From positions 279,723 to 343,722 of the forward strand of contig CAVSFE010000002.1 of assembly GCA_963727315.1 (NCBI GenBank): a stretch of DNA of 64,000 nt, in the 5' to 3' direction. A program made the translations under genes and the position numbers. Below, in pieces: positions 19,002 through 28,921 of this stretch; the first letter of the stretch is position 1, and each line of letters begins with the position of its first letter. The notes below the pieces were generated by a model. That model searched no databases. It saw nothing but the letters and a program-made list of their open reading frames with translations, and was not told where the DNA came from. This stretch comes from an uncultured Chloroflexia bacterium. Its GTDB lineage: Bacteria; Chloroflexota; Dehalococcoidia; Dehalococcoidales; RBG-16-60-22.

Positions 19002-19719
19002 CGGAACCTCCTGTCAACTGAAGGTAAGCCTGCTCGAGCGTCTGATATTTCTTCTCCAGGTCAGCAATCGTGTCGTATGCGAGCAGCTTGCCGTTATTGA
19101 TTATCGCCACCTTTTTGCATATCTGGGCGACCTCGACCAGCTGGTGCGAGGCGAAAAAGACCGTTTTTTGCTGGCCCATCGTCCCGATAATCTCGCGGAA
19201 CTCGACCACCCCCCGGGGGTCGAGCCCTAAAGCCGGCTCGTCGAGGATGAGAATCGGCGGGTCGTGGAGCAGCGTCTGGGCCAGGCCGAGACGCTGTTTC
19301 ATGCCGCGGGAGAACTTCTCAATCTTGACCTTCGCCCACCTCTCCAGCTTGACGAGGGCAATGACCTCGTCAATGCGTTTTTTGAGGCTATGCGCGTCCA
19401 TGCCGCGGAGCCGGCCAAGATAGCTGAGGGTCTCGGTCGGCGTGAGGTAGGTATAAAACTCGGGCGTCTCGATTATCGCGCCGATTCTCGATAAAGCCTG
19501 CTCCGGCTTTTCCACGATGTTAATGCCGTCGATGAAGGCCTGGCCGGAGGAGGGGCGGATAAGGCCACAGAGAATCTTCAGCGTGGTGCTCTTGCCGGCG
19601 CCGTTGGGGCCCAGCAGGCCGATATTCTCCTTTTCCGGCACGATAAGACTCAGCTTATCGAGGGCGAGGAACTTATTATAGTACTTGGTCAGGTTCTCGA
19701 TGACGATAGGTGCGTTCAT
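18988..19719 (-). CDS. ABC transporter ATP-binding protein
   Basis: Walker A GPNGAGKST, signature-like FSRGMKQRL, and Walker B ILILDEP. I chose the ATG at 19719 (MNAPIVIENL); the longer ORF to 19830 overlaps argH. Confidence 0.9.
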   Translation of the reverse strand: MNAPIVIENLTKYYNKFLALDKLSLIVPEKENIGLLGPNGAGKSTTLKILCGLIRPSSGQAFIDGINIVEKPEQALSRIGAIIETPEFYTYLTPTETLSYLGRLRGMDAHSLKKRIDEVIALVKLERWAKVKIEKFSRGMKQRLGLAQTLLHDPPILILDEPALGLDPRGVVEFREIIGTMGQQKTVFFASHQLVEVAQICKKVAIINNGKLLAYDTIADLEKKYQTLEQAYLQLTGGSGDRI

Positions 19720-19753
19720 TTTGGCTCTCCTGAAGACAATGTTTCTCTTTTTA

Positions 19754-21154
19754 CTAACCCTTTTCGATACTTCGCCGTGCTCTGGCCAGCGCCCGCTTGA
19801 CCTGCGCCGGGGCGGTGCCGCCGGGGACATTCCGGGCGGCGACAGATGATTCGAGGGTAATTTTACGCACGTCCGTGTCGAAGAGCGGCGAGAATTTTCG
19901 ATATTCCTTTATGTCAAGCTCGGTAAAGGCCTTGCCCTTGCCGACAGCATAGCTCACCAGCCTGGCGACGATTTCGTGGGCGGTGCGGAAGGGCTCGCCC
20001 TTTTTTACGAGGTAGTCGGCCAGGTCCGTAGCCAGAATATAGCCTTCAGGCCGAGACTTCAGGCCGAGGCCCCGCCCCGCCGCTATTAACATTTTATCAG
20101 GTTTTACCTTAAAAGTCCGCACCATGCCGGCCAAGACTTCCAGCGTCGCCAGTAATGTATCAATGGTATCGAAGAGGGCTTCCTTGTCTTCCTGCATGTC
20201 GCGGTTATAAGCGAGGGGCAGGCTTTTCAGCATGGTTAACAAAGCTATCAAATGGCCGTAGACACGCCCCGTCTTGCCGCGGGCAAGCTCGGCTACGTCC
20301 GGGTTCTTTTTCTGCGGCATGATGCTGCTGCCGGTGGCATAGGCGTCGTCAAGTTCGATAAAAGCGAACTCCGCCGTCGACCATATTACGATTTCCTCGG
20401 CCAGGCGGGAGATATGCATCATGCAGATAGCCGCCGCGGCGATATATTCCACGACGAAATCACGGTCGGAGACGGCGTCGAGGCTATTTTTACTTATTTG
20501 GGAAAAACCCAGCTCTTTAGCCAGGAATTCGCGGTCGATATTATAAGCTACGCCCGCCAGGGCACCGCTGCCCAGCGGCAGGACGTCCAGGCGCTTCAGG
20601 CAATCGTTGAAGCGGGCGACATCTCGCTCCAGCATCTCGAAGTAAGCGAGCAGGTGATGGGCAAAGAGGACCGGCTGGGCTACCTGCAGATGGGTGTAGC
20701 CGGGCATAATGACTTTAATATTTGCTTCGGCAACGTCCAGTAAAGCACGCTGGAACTCCCGTATATCTTTAATAATGTCGGCGATGGCTTCTCGGGTAAA
20801 AAGCCGCATGTCCAGCGCCACCTGGTCGTTGCGGGAGCGGGCGGTATGGATTTTCCGCCCCGCCTCCCCCAGCAACTCAATCAGGCGAGCTTCTATCGCC
20901 ATGTGAATATCTTCGGTCTCGACCTTAAAATCGAACGTGCCCTGCTCGATATCTTTGCGGATGGAAGCCAGTCCGGCGGTAATCTGGCGTGCTTCTTCGT
21001 CGGAGATAATGCCCTGTCTGGCGAGCATTTTAGCGTGGGCAATACTGCCCGCTATGTCCTGTTTATATAGTCGGCGGTCAAAAGGGAGGGAGGTGGTATA
21101 CTGCGCCGCCGATTTATCCGCCGGTTTGCCGAAACGACCACGGATATTAGTCAT
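19754..21154 (-). CDS. argH: Argininosuccinate lyase
   Basis: 466-aa ORF with the fumarate-lyase signature GSSIMPQKKNPD and ArgH-like N-terminal and C-terminal regions. Confidence 0.95.
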   Translation of the reverse strand: MTNIRGRFGKPADKSAAQYTTSLPFDRRLYKQDIAGSIAHAKMLARQGIISDEEARQITAGLASIRKDIEQGTFDFKVETEDIHMAIEARLIELLGEAGRKIHTARSRNDQVALDMRLFTREAIADIIKDIREFQRALLDVAEANIKVIMPGYTHLQVAQPVLFAHHLLAYFEMLERDVARFNDCLKRLDVLPLGSGALAGVAYNIDREFLAKELGFSQISKNSLDAVSDRDFVVEYIAAAAICMMHISRLAEEIVIWSTAEFAFIELDDAYATGSSIMPQKKNPDVAELARGKTGRVYGHLIALLTMLKSLPLAYNRDMQEDKEALFDTIDTLLATLEVLAGMVRTFKVKPDKMLIAAGRGLGLKSRPEGYILATDLADYLVKKGEPFRTAHEIVARLVSYAVGKGKAFTELDIKEYRKFSPLFDTDVRKITLESSVAARNVPGGTAPAQVKRALARARRSIEKG

Positions 21155-21155
21155 G

Positions 21156-22403
21156 CTATTTTTCCTCCCCTTCGGCCGGGCCCATAATGCTCAGCGGCCC
21201 CTCCTTGTCCCCTAGAAGCTGTACCTGCGCCTGCGTCTTGAGCGGCAGGCCCCACAGGTGGATGAAACCCTCGGCGGCTTTCTGGTTGAACTTATCGCCC
21301 TTATCGTAAGTTGCCAGGCTGAGGTTATACAGCGAATACGGTGCCTTGCGCCCGACTACCGTCGCCTGCCCTTTGAACAGCTTCATTCTGACAGTCCCGG
21401 TGACGTAGCGCTGCGAGCTCAAGATATAAGCCGAGAGGTCGCGGTTGAGCTGGCTGAACCACAGCCCGTTATAGATGAGGTCGGCGTACTCCACCGCCAC
21501 CTTCTGTTTGAAGCGCAGCTGGTCCTTGGACATGGTCATGGCTTCCAGCGCCTGGTGCGCCTGGATGAGGACTAAAGCCGCCGGCGCCTCGTAGACCTCC
21601 CGCGTCTTTATGCCGACCAATCTGTTTTCGATGTGGTCGACGCGGCCGATGCCGTGTCTGCCGGCTATTTCGTTGAGCTTTTTAATCAGGGCTATCCCGT
21701 CCATCTCTTTATCGTCGAGTGTGACCGGGATGCCCTTCTCAAACCCGATTTCCAGGTACTGCGGCTTGTCCGGGGCCTGGGCGGGCGAATTGGTCAGGGT
21801 ATAGGCGTCGGCGGGGGGCTCGACCCAGGGGTCCTCCAGGGCGCCGCACTCAATAGCTCTGCCCCACAGGTTCTCGTCGATCGAATAGGGACTGGAGACG
21901 GTAACGGGAATCGGGATATCGTATTTTTTGGCGTAGGCGATGGTCTCCTCGCGGGTCATCCCCCACTCTCGGGCGGGGGCGATAATTTTCATCTGCGGGG
22001 CCAGGGCGTTGATGCCGACTTCGAACCGGACCTGGTCGTTGCCCTTGCCGGTACAGCCGTGGGCGATGGCCACCGCCCCTTCGGCGACCGCCGTGTCCAC
22101 CAGGAGCTTGGCCATGAGGGGGCGGGATAAGGCCGTCGCCAGGGGGTACTGCCCCTCGTAAATGGCGTTGGCCTGTAACGCCGGGAAGACAAAATATTTA
22201 ACGAACAGCTCCTTGCCGTCAATAACGAGGGCCTTCACGGCGCCGACCTTGAGCGCTTTCTGCCGGACGGCGTCAAAGTCTTTTTCGTTGCCGACGTCGA
22301 TCGTCACGGCGATAATGTCCACGTGATATTTGTCGCGCAGCCACTTGATGGCCACCGAGGTATCCAGTCCGCCGCTGTAAGCCAGGACAACCTTATCCGT
22401 CAC
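21156..22403 (-). CDS. argG: Argininosuccinate synthase
   Basis: 415-aa ORF with AYSGGLDTS (PP-loop) and GCTGKGNDQVRFE. Confidence 0.95.
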   Translation of the reverse strand: MTDKVVLAYSGGLDTSVAIKWLRDKYHVDIIAVTIDVGNEKDFDAVRQKALKVGAVKALVIDGKELFVKYFVFPALQANAIYEGQYPLATALSRPLMAKLLVDTAVAEGAVAIAHGCTGKGNDQVRFEVGINALAPQMKIIAPAREWGMTREETIAYAKKYDIPIPVTVSSPYSIDENLWGRAIECGALEDPWVEPPADAYTLTNSPAQAPDKPQYLEIGFEKGIPVTLDDKEMDGIALIKKLNEIAGRHGIGRVDHIENRLVGIKTREVYEAPAALVLIQAHQALEAMTMSKDQLRFKQKVAVEYADLIYNGLWFSQLNRDLSAYILSSQRYVTGTVRMKLFKGQATVVGRKAPYSLYNLSLATYDKGDKFNQKAAEGFIHLWGLPLKTQAQVQLLGDKEGPLSIMGPAEGEEK

Positions 22404-23338
22404 ACGCTGCCTCCGTCAAAAAGACCTGTTGGCTTTGGTCCTTAAAATTTTCGTCTAAAAATTTGATGACCGCCGAAGATATGCCGGGATACGCCCAGGA
22501 GTAGTCGTGCCCCGGGGCCTTCAGCCAGGTCAGGATGTCCCCCGGGATGATCTTCCGGCGATGTCAACCCGAACCACCCCCTGACGGTGGCCCAGATCAT
22601 CGCGGGGAGATTGCCGTGGCTGAAGGTATCAATACCGCGGCCGTTGTTGTTCATCAATAGCTTCCGGTCCAGAACCTTCGGCTGGTACCAGAACGGCGTG
22701 CCCGTCTGGATGCTATAAACGTTGACGTTGTAGCTTAGGATATTCATCGCCCTATCCGATATCACGGTGCCGAGGCTTTCTCCGGCGATAATCACTTTTA
22801 AGTCCGGAAGATGGTCGGAGAGGAACGCCACCCGGAGCGACAGGTCGTGCGCTTTACGCGGATATTCGGCGGCTGCTTCGAAAAATTCCTTGACGCACCC
22901 TTTCAGATTGCGGGTGGTGCGCTGGTAGCTCAGGACGAAGGACTGGTACCCCAGGACCTGCAGCTGCGATCTTATGCCGTCAAGAATGCTCGTCCAGCCG
23001 GGCGTGTCCTGGAGTGTGTTCCATCCCCACCCCCCCGAATTAAAGAAAATGACGACGTCCGAGTTTTTGGCTTCCACGTACGAAGACAGCAGCTCGTCGA
23101 CCACGTTTGGTAGCTTTTCCTTGCTTTTGCCCACGAGCTCGTTGGCTATTCCCGTCGCATCGTCAACGATGTTCTGAGGCACCGAAGCGCGGTCATACGC
23201 CGGCAGGGCGGGTTCCTGGACGCCGATTTCCTTAGCCATGCCGACCTCCAGGTTGATGAGGGTCAGCCAGACTACACCGAAGAGGATAATCGCGACGAGC
23301 CCTACCGCGATCCCTGCTTTGCCGATTTTTTTATACAT
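22393..23338 (-). pseudogene. Membrane-anchored protein with GxSxG (GESLG) alpha/beta-hydrolase-like motif, function unknown, C-terminus frameshifted as assembled
   Basis: It has an N-terminal TM helix (IAVGLVAIILFGVVWLTLI) and a nucleophile-elbow-like IIAGESLG. After ...SPEDHPG the listed frame becomes low-complexity. The adjacent frame reads DILTWLKAPGHDYSWAYPGISSAVIKFLDENFKDQSQQVFLTEAACDG and stops at 22393..22395, overlapping the argG start. The switch lies in the CCCGGGGG run near 22535..22545. Confidence 0.6.
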
Positions 23339-23368
23339 TCGCGCCCTTAAGACCTATTCTAACAACGA

Positions 23369-24562
23369 TTACTTATCAATTCCAGAAAACACTTTGTCCA
23401 GGATGCCGGCGGCTTCATCAACATCTTTGTTGCCGATAATCAGCGGCGGCATCAGACGGATAGCATTGGCTTTGACCTTATTGACCAGCAGGCCTTTCTC
23501 CAGGCAGGACATCAATACCTGCTGTCCGATGTCTTTATCGAATTCAACCGCCAGCAGCAGTCCGCGACCGCGCACCTCGGTGATGAAGGGGTATTTTTTC
23601 TCTAGTTTTTCGAGCTTCTCGACAAGGTATTTGCCGATAGCGGCGGCGTGGCCGGCGATATCGTTGTCAATCATATATTTCATCACGGCGTAGCCGACGG
23701 CGCAGGCGAGCGGATTGCCGCCGAACGTGCCGCCGTGGTCGCCGGGGGCAAACACCGAGGCGTTCTCTTTAGCCAGGAACGCCCCGATGGGCACGCCGCC
23801 CGCCAGCCCCTTGGCCAGGGTCATAATGTCCGGCTCCACGTCGTAAAGCTGGTAGCCGAAGAGCCTGCCCAGGCGGCCGATGCCGGTCTGTATTTCGTCC
23901 AGGATAAGCAGAATACCGCGGCTATCGCACCACCGGCGGACTTTTTTAACGTAGTCCGGGTCGGGGATATTAACGCCGCTTTCCGCTTCGATGAGCTCGA
24001 GCATCACGGCGCAGGTCTTTTCCGTGGTCGCGTTCTGGATGGCTTCGATATCGTTGTACTTGACGTTGATAAAACCCTCCGGCAGGGGGATATAGGGTAG
24101 GTGGAACGATTCCTGCCCCGTCGCCGCCGTCATGGCCAGCGAACGCCCGTGGAAAGAGCCGATGGCGGTGATGACCTCGTAGGCGCCGTTGAGCTTGAGC
24201 TTGCCGTAGCGGCGGGCGAGCTTCACGGCGCCTTCGTTGGCTTCGAGCCCGCTGTTGCCGAAGAACACCCGCTGCAGGCAGCTGTTGTTTACCAGCAGCT
24301 CGGCCAGCTGGAGCTGGGGCACGGTATAGAACTGGTTCGAGGTATGGATGAGCTTTTTCGCCTGGTCGTGCAGGGCTTTGACCACCACCGGGTGAGAGTG
24401 CCCCAGGCAGTTGACCGCCCACCCGCCGACAAAGTCCAGGTACTGCCTGCCTTTCTCGTCCCAGGCCCGGGCGCCTTTGCCCCTCACCAGCACTACCGGC
24501 ACGCGCACCTTTTCGAAGGTGCGCATCAGGTACTTTTTTTCGATTTCCGGCCAGTCAGTCAT
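23369..24562 (-). CDS. argD: Acetylornithine aminotransferase
   Basis: 397-aa class-III aminotransferase (GSFHGRS, LILDEIQTGIGRLG, TLAKGLAGG with the PLP Lys) within the arg operon. Confidence 0.9.
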   Translation of the reverse strand: MTDWPEIEKKYLMRTFEKVRVPVVLVRGKGARAWDEKGRQYLDFVGGWAVNCLGHSHPVVVKALHDQAKKLIHTSNQFYTVPQLQLAELLVNNSCLQRVFFGNSGLEANEGAVKLARRYGKLKLNGAYEVITAIGSFHGRSLAMTAATGQESFHLPYIPLPEGFINVKYNDIEAIQNATTEKTCAVMLELIEAESGVNIPDPDYVKKVRRWCDSRGILLILDEIQTGIGRLGRLFGYQLYDVEPDIMTLAKGLAGGVPIGAFLAKENASVFAPGDHGGTFGGNPLACAVGYAVMKYMIDNDIAGHAAAIGKYLVEKLEKLEKKYPFITEVRGRGLLLAVEFDKDIGQQVLMSCLEKGLLVNKVKANAIRLMPPLIIGNKDVDEAAGILDKVFSGIDK

Positions 24563-24600
24563 CTTTCCACCTTCTCTGGTGGGGCTATTTACCTCACCCC

Positions 24601-25383
24601 TTATCGGTAAAGCGTCGTGCCGCCTGCAGCGCTTTCTATTTCGCGAAGCAGGGCGTGAGGTTTTCTCCCGTCTATTATACGGGTAACGGAACCTGCTTTT
24701 AAAGCCCGGAGGCAGGCGTTTATCTTGGGGACCATGCCCCCGGATATCTCCCCCGTGGCTATCATCGCCTCGGCCTGGTGTGATGAAAGACGTGGGATTA
24801 CTTTGCCCGACTTATCGCTAATGCCGGGAACGTCGGTCAGGAAAACGAGCCTTTGCGCCTTCAAAGCCGCGGCGATATCGCCGGCCACGGGGTCGCCATT
24901 AACGTTGAGTATCGCCGGGGCTTCGGCGGGTCTGTCCATAGAATACAGGCTGACCGGAGCAATAACAGGAACGAAGCCTGCCTTGAGCAAAGCCGTCAGC
25001 AGGGCCGGGTTGACCTTTTCCACCGACCCCACGTAGCCCAGCGCTGTATCTTTCACTTTGCTTTCGATAAGGGCGCCGTCGGCGCCGCTGATGCCGACCG
25101 CTTTGCCGCCCCCCAGGTTAATCGCCGCGGTAATCTCTTTGTTCACGAGGCCGGAGAGCACCGCCGCGGCCACCTCAAGAGTCCGCAGGTTGGTGACGCG
25201 CTCCCCGCGGACAAATTTTGTGCCGGCGCCCAGCCTTTTCAGCCAGTCGGTGACGGTAGAACCGCCCCCGTGCACCACAATCAACGCTATACCCTTCTTC
25301 TGCAGCGCAACGATGTCTGAGATGGTCGTATCGCCGCTGCCGAAGGTCGAGCCGCCTATCTTGACGATGGTTATGTCTCTCAT
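24601..25383 (-). CDS. argB: Acetylglutamate kinase
   Basis: 260-aa ORF with the amino-acid-kinase motifs VKIGGS, VVHGGG and NVNGDPVAG. Confidence 0.9.
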   Translation of the reverse strand: MRDITIVKIGGSTFGSGDTTISDIVALQKKGIALIVVHGGGSTVTDWLKRLGAGTKFVRGERVTNLRTLEVAAAVLSGLVNKEITAAINLGGGKAVGISGADGALIESKVKDTALGYVGSVEKVNPALLTALLKAGFVPVIAPVSLYSMDRPAEAPAILNVNGDPVAGDIAAALKAQRLVFLTDVPGISDKSGKVIPRLSSHQAEAMIATGEISGGMVPKINACLRALKAGSVTRIIDGRKPHALLREIESAAGGTTLYR

Positions 25384-25393
25384 ATGCTGCCCT

Positions 25394-26599
25394 TTACGTC
25401 GTATATTCGGCGTTGATTTTAACGTATTCCTCGGAGAGGTCGCAGCCCCAGGCGACGGCCTCCGCGCGCCCCAGGTGGAGATTTAAAGAGATAACTACTT
25501 CTTTGCCATCGAGGTGCTTTACGACGTCCCTTTTGTCGAAAGGAGCTGGCTCTCCGCCCTTCACCACGCGGATACCGCCCATATATAGTTCCATTTTGTC
25601 CGTTTCGATCGCCGCCCCGCTGCGCCCGGCGGCCGCCAGCACCCTCCCCCAGTTGGGATCGCTGCCGTGTACCGCCGCCTTGACCAGCATCGAGCTGACA
25701 ATCGTCCGCGCGGCTTTTCGGGCGTCCCTTAGCGTCGCCGCCCCTCTCACTTTCACCTCGATGAGCTTGGTGGCCCCCTCGCCGTCGCGGGCGCTTTCCC
25801 TGGCCAGGTGAATACAGAGCTTAGTGAGCGCCCGCTGGAAGGCCGCCGCCCGCCGGCTGCCCTGCGTAATCATTGCCCCGCCGGCCAGCCCGTTGGCCAT
25901 GATAAGCGCGGTATCGTTGGTGCTTGAATCGCTATCGATGGATACCATGTTAAAAGATATGTCCGCCGCCCGGCGCAAAGCCTGTTTTAGAAAAAAGGCG
26001 TCGACGGGGGCATCGGTAGTGAGGAAACAGAGCATGGTAGCCAGCTCGGGATGAATCATGCCCGCCCCCTTCAGCATCCCCCCGATGACAAAGTCGCCGG
26101 TCTTTACCGCTGCCTCCTTGGGTGTAGTGTCGGTGGTCATGATTGCCCGGGCGAGGTCATGGCCGCCGGCGGTGCTGAGGACCACCCGCGGTATCGCCTT
26201 CCTGATGCGTTCCATCGGCAGCGGCACGCCGATAACCCCGGTGCTCGCCTCCAGGACATCCTCCGGCCTGACGCCGATGTGCCGGGCCGCCAGTTGGGTC
26301 ATCTCGACCGCGTCCGCCATGCCCTGTGCCCCGGTGCAGGCGTTGGCGCCGCCGCTGTTCATCACCACCGCCCTGGCCGCGCCATTTTTCAATCGTTCCT
26401 GGTCGAGCCGCACCGGCGCCGCTTTTACTTTATTGGTAGTAAAGACCGCCGCGGCGGCGCATGGCGCTTCGGAGAAGAGTATACCGAGGTCGAGGCGGCG
26501 CTTATCGGCAGGCTTAATCCCGGCGCTTACGGCGCCGGCGAGGAAACCCCGCGGCGAAGTGACCCCTCCCGACGGGATAAAGTCCGCTCCGGTTTTCAT
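25394..26599 (-). CDS. argJ: Bifunctional ornithine acetyltransferase / N-acetylglutamate synthase
   Basis: 401-aa ORF with the ArgJ self-cleavage region ELATMLCFLTTDA and conserved GANACTG. Confidence 0.9.
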   Translation of the reverse strand: MKTGADFIPSGGVTSPRGFLAGAVSAGIKPADKRRLDLGILFSEAPCAAAAVFTTNKVKAAPVRLDQERLKNGAARAVVMNSGGANACTGAQGMADAVEMTQLAARHIGVRPEDVLEASTGVIGVPLPMERIRKAIPRVVLSTAGGHDLARAIMTTDTTPKEAAVKTGDFVIGGMLKGAGMIHPELATMLCFLTTDAPVDAFFLKQALRRAADISFNMVSIDSDSSTNDTALIMANGLAGGAMITQGSRRAAAFQRALTKLCIHLARESARDGEGATKLIEVKVRGAATLRDARKAARTIVSSMLVKAAVHGSDPNWGRVLAAAGRSGAAIETDKMELYMGGIRVVKGGEPAPFDKRDVVKHLDGKEVVISLNLHLGRAEAVAWGCDLSEEYVKINAEYTT

Positions 26600-26661
26600 T
26601 CCTCAAATATATCATATATAGCTTCGGCAGGCAATCGCCGGAGGCAGGAAAAACGCCGTTT

Positions 26662-26688
26662 TTGCTTTACGCCTGGTGTTGTTATAAT
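26662..26688 (+). promoter_or_regulatory. Candidate promoter with extended -10 (TGtTATAAT)
   Basis: TGTTATAAT at 26680..26688, 24 nt upstream of the TTG start at 26713. The -35 is weak (TTGCTT at 26662..26667, 15-nt spacer). Confidence 0.35.
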
Positions 26689-26712
26689 ATCAGGTAAGAC
26701 AGGAGGGGTATT

Positions 26713-27588
26713 TTGACGCTAAAAGATGAGATTAAACGCTATGCCCTGGAAAAACTGGATATGGACTATGTTGGCGTGACCGGCGTGGACCGGCTGGCCG
26801 GGGCGCCCGAAGGTTCCCGGCCGACCGATTTGCTCCCCGGCGCTAAGTCCGTGGTCGTAATGGCGGTCAGGTTGAGCCTGGGAGCGGTGCAGGCGATTTT
26901 CCGCGGCCACGAGGATGGCTTGAGACAGGCGTTGTGCATTTACGGCTCGTACGGCTATTCGCTGTTCCCCAACTACTATCTTAAGTTCGCCGCCTATAGC
27001 ATAGCGCGTTTCCTGGAAAAGAAGGGGCACATGTCCGCTCCCATGCCCTCGGGGCCGGGCGGCGCCGGCGCTCCCCTTTCCCACCGGCATGCTGCGGTAG
27101 CGGCGGGCATCGGCGATTTCGGCTGGCTGGGCATCGTCCTGGCGCCGGACTACGGACCGAGGATACGCCTGGTCAGTGTTATCACCCGCGCCAATATCGA
27201 GCCCGACCCCATGTACAGCGGGCCGGCGCTCTGCAACCCCGAGAAATGCGGCATCTGTGTCAGAGTCTGCCCCACCCACGCCATCAGCCCCACCCGCTCG
27301 AAGACCGTTACCATGGGCGGCCGCCAGTTAACCTACGGCTGGGTGGATTTCAACCGCTGCCGCATCGGTGCCGAGGGCTTGACGAAAAAGACCCTGGGGC
27401 TCAAGGACATCCCCATACCGGAAAATCCCACCTATGAAGATATCGAAGAGGCCCGCCGGCAAATCGACCCCCGCCAGCGGGGCGAGGTCATCGGCGGGGT
27501 GTCCGCCTTTTTTTGCGGCCAGTGCCTCGCCTACTGCCCGGTGGGTCCCAAAGACTGGCTTAAAACTGTATCGAAGCTGAAAATATAG
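26713..27588 (+). CDS. 4Fe-4S dicluster protein, epoxyqueuosine-reductase (QueG)/reductive-dehalogenase-like superfamily
   Basis: 291-aa ORF with a TTG start after GGAGGGG. The N-terminal half is QueG-like (YVGVTGVDRL...AKSVVVMAV). Two cluster motifs are present: CNPEKCGICVRVCP and CGQCLAYCP. It is shorter than canonical QueG and has no Tat signal. Confidence 0.6.
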   Translation: MTLKDEIKRYALEKLDMDYVGVTGVDRLAGAPEGSRPTDLLPGAKSVVVMAVRLSLGAVQAIFRGHEDGLRQALCIYGSYGYSLFPNYYLKFAAYSIARFLEKKGHMSAPMPSGPGGAGAPLSHRHAAVAAGIGDFGWLGIVLAPDYGPRIRLVSVITRANIEPDPMYSGPALCNPEKCGICVRVCPTHAISPTRSKTVTMGGRQLTYGWVDFNRCRIGAEGLTKKTLGLKDIPIPENPTYEDIEEARRQIDPRQRGEVIGGVSAFFCGQCLAYCPVGPKDWLKTVSKLKI

Positions 27589-27616
27589 AGTCTTAACGAC
27601 CCTCCGGGGCGCCGCG

Positions 27617-28384
27617 ATGAAGATAGTCAGATTTGCTACCGGCAGTCGAATTGAATACGGAGTCCACGATGGCGATATGATACAGGGTATCGCGGGTCCG
27701 CCGTTTGAGGAAATCAGCTTTACCCATAACTATTACCGTCCCACCGAGATGAGGCTGCTGTCGCCCTGCCTGCCCACCAAAATCGTGGCGCTGGGGGTGA
27801 ACTACCGCAGCCACGGCGAAGAGATGAAAAGCTCCGTGCCCGCCGAGCCCCTGATATTCATCAAGCCATCGACCTCCGTCATCGGCACGGAAGATAATAT
27901 CATCTACCCGGAATCATCGCAGAGGGTCGACTACGAGGGCGAGCTGGGCGTGGTGATAAAGTCGGTCGCCTACCGCGTACCTAAAGAGGAAGTCTTTAAT
28001 TATATTCTGGGCTATACCTGCGTCAACGACGTTACCGCCCGCGACCTCCAGGCAAAAGACAGGCAGTGGACGCGCGCCAAGGGCTTTGACACTTTTTGCC
28101 CCATCGGCCCCTGCATCGAGACGGAGCTGGACCCGTCCGACCTGGCGCTGGAGACCGTGCTCAACGGGGAAATCAGGCAGCAGACCCGCACCAGCCAGCT
28201 CATTTTCCCCGTCGATTTTCTGGTGAGCTTTATCTCGCACGTCATGACCCTGCTTCCCGGCGACGTTATCGCCACCGGGACGGCTAGCGGCATCGGCCCC
28301 ATGCAGCCGGGCGACGTCATCGAGGTAAAGATAGAGGGCATCGGTACGCTGAGGAACTATGTGGTAAAGCAGGAAATAGAATGA
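27617..28384 (+). CDS. Fumarylacetoacetate hydrolase (FAH) family protein
   Basis: 255-aa ORF with VDYEGELGVVI, GYTCVNDVTARDLQ, KGFDTFCPIGP and LLPGDVIATGT. Confidence 0.9.
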   Translation: MKIVRFATGSRIEYGVHDGDMIQGIAGPPFEEISFTHNYYRPTEMRLLSPCLPTKIVALGVNYRSHGEEMKSSVPAEPLIFIKPSTSVIGTEDNIIYPESSQRVDYEGELGVVIKSVAYRVPKEEVFNYILGYTCVNDVTARDLQAKDRQWTRAKGFDTFCPIGPCIETELDPSDLALETVLNGEIRQQTRTSQLIFPVDFLVSFISHVMTLLPGDVIATGTASGIGPMQPGDVIEVKIEGIGTLRNYVVKQEIE

Positions 28385-28899
28385 AATTATCGGTAACGCA
28401 AATGGCGTTGGGCATACTCATCATCTTTGCCGCCTGCTACGTCACCGGCTGGATGATATATAAAGCGCCGTCTCAATTCAGACAACCAATGCCCAATGAC
28501 ACCGGTGGAGTAACATATATCGATGTCACCCCAAAAGACGAAGGGCTTTTTAACGTATCGAGATACGGCTCTTATGCCCTGCCTGTTCTCGGCGTCCTGG
28601 TGCTAATCATTGGCGCAATACAGTCTGTAAAAGCTAAAGCACGCGCACGGAGGCTAATAATAACAAATGTCATCGCCGGCGTGCTGGTAGTGGCACTGGC
28701 TATTATCATAACAAGGTGGGGATACCCTACGGAATTCCATACCGCTATGGGTGGCGGCAGTGATATGATACTAATAATAAATAATAATCCGGTCAGGTCT
28801 TTACTGGATGTGCAATCGGCTAGCGGGGCAATTTTAGCGTTCGGGCTGGCAGTATGCGGCTGCGGCATCGCCCAGCTAGTGAAATCGCGAAAGACATAA
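28381..28899 (+). CDS. Hypothetical integral membrane protein
   Basis: 172-aa ORF with about 4 hydrophobic helices. Its start overlaps the FAH stop (ATGA). I recognise no family. Confidence 0.6.
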   Translation: MKLSVTQMALGILIIFAACYVTGWMIYKAPSQFRQPMPNDTGGVTYIDVTPKDEGLFNVSRYGSYALPVLGVLVLIIGAIQSVKAKARARRLIITNVIAGVLVVALAIIITRWGYPTEFHTAMGGGSDMILIINNNPVRSLLDVQSASGAILAFGLAVCGCGIAQLVKSRKT

Positions 28900-28921
28900 A
28901 ATATCTAGTCTAAGGAGCAAT

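Noticed and set aside
26600-26640. ARG-box (ArgR operator) upstream of argJ; the palindrome-like ATATATCATATATAG lies at 26607..26621.
   Set aside because: It lies immediately next to the start codon and RBS, does not match the TNTGAATWWWWATTCANW consensus as I recall it, and no argR gene is in the window.
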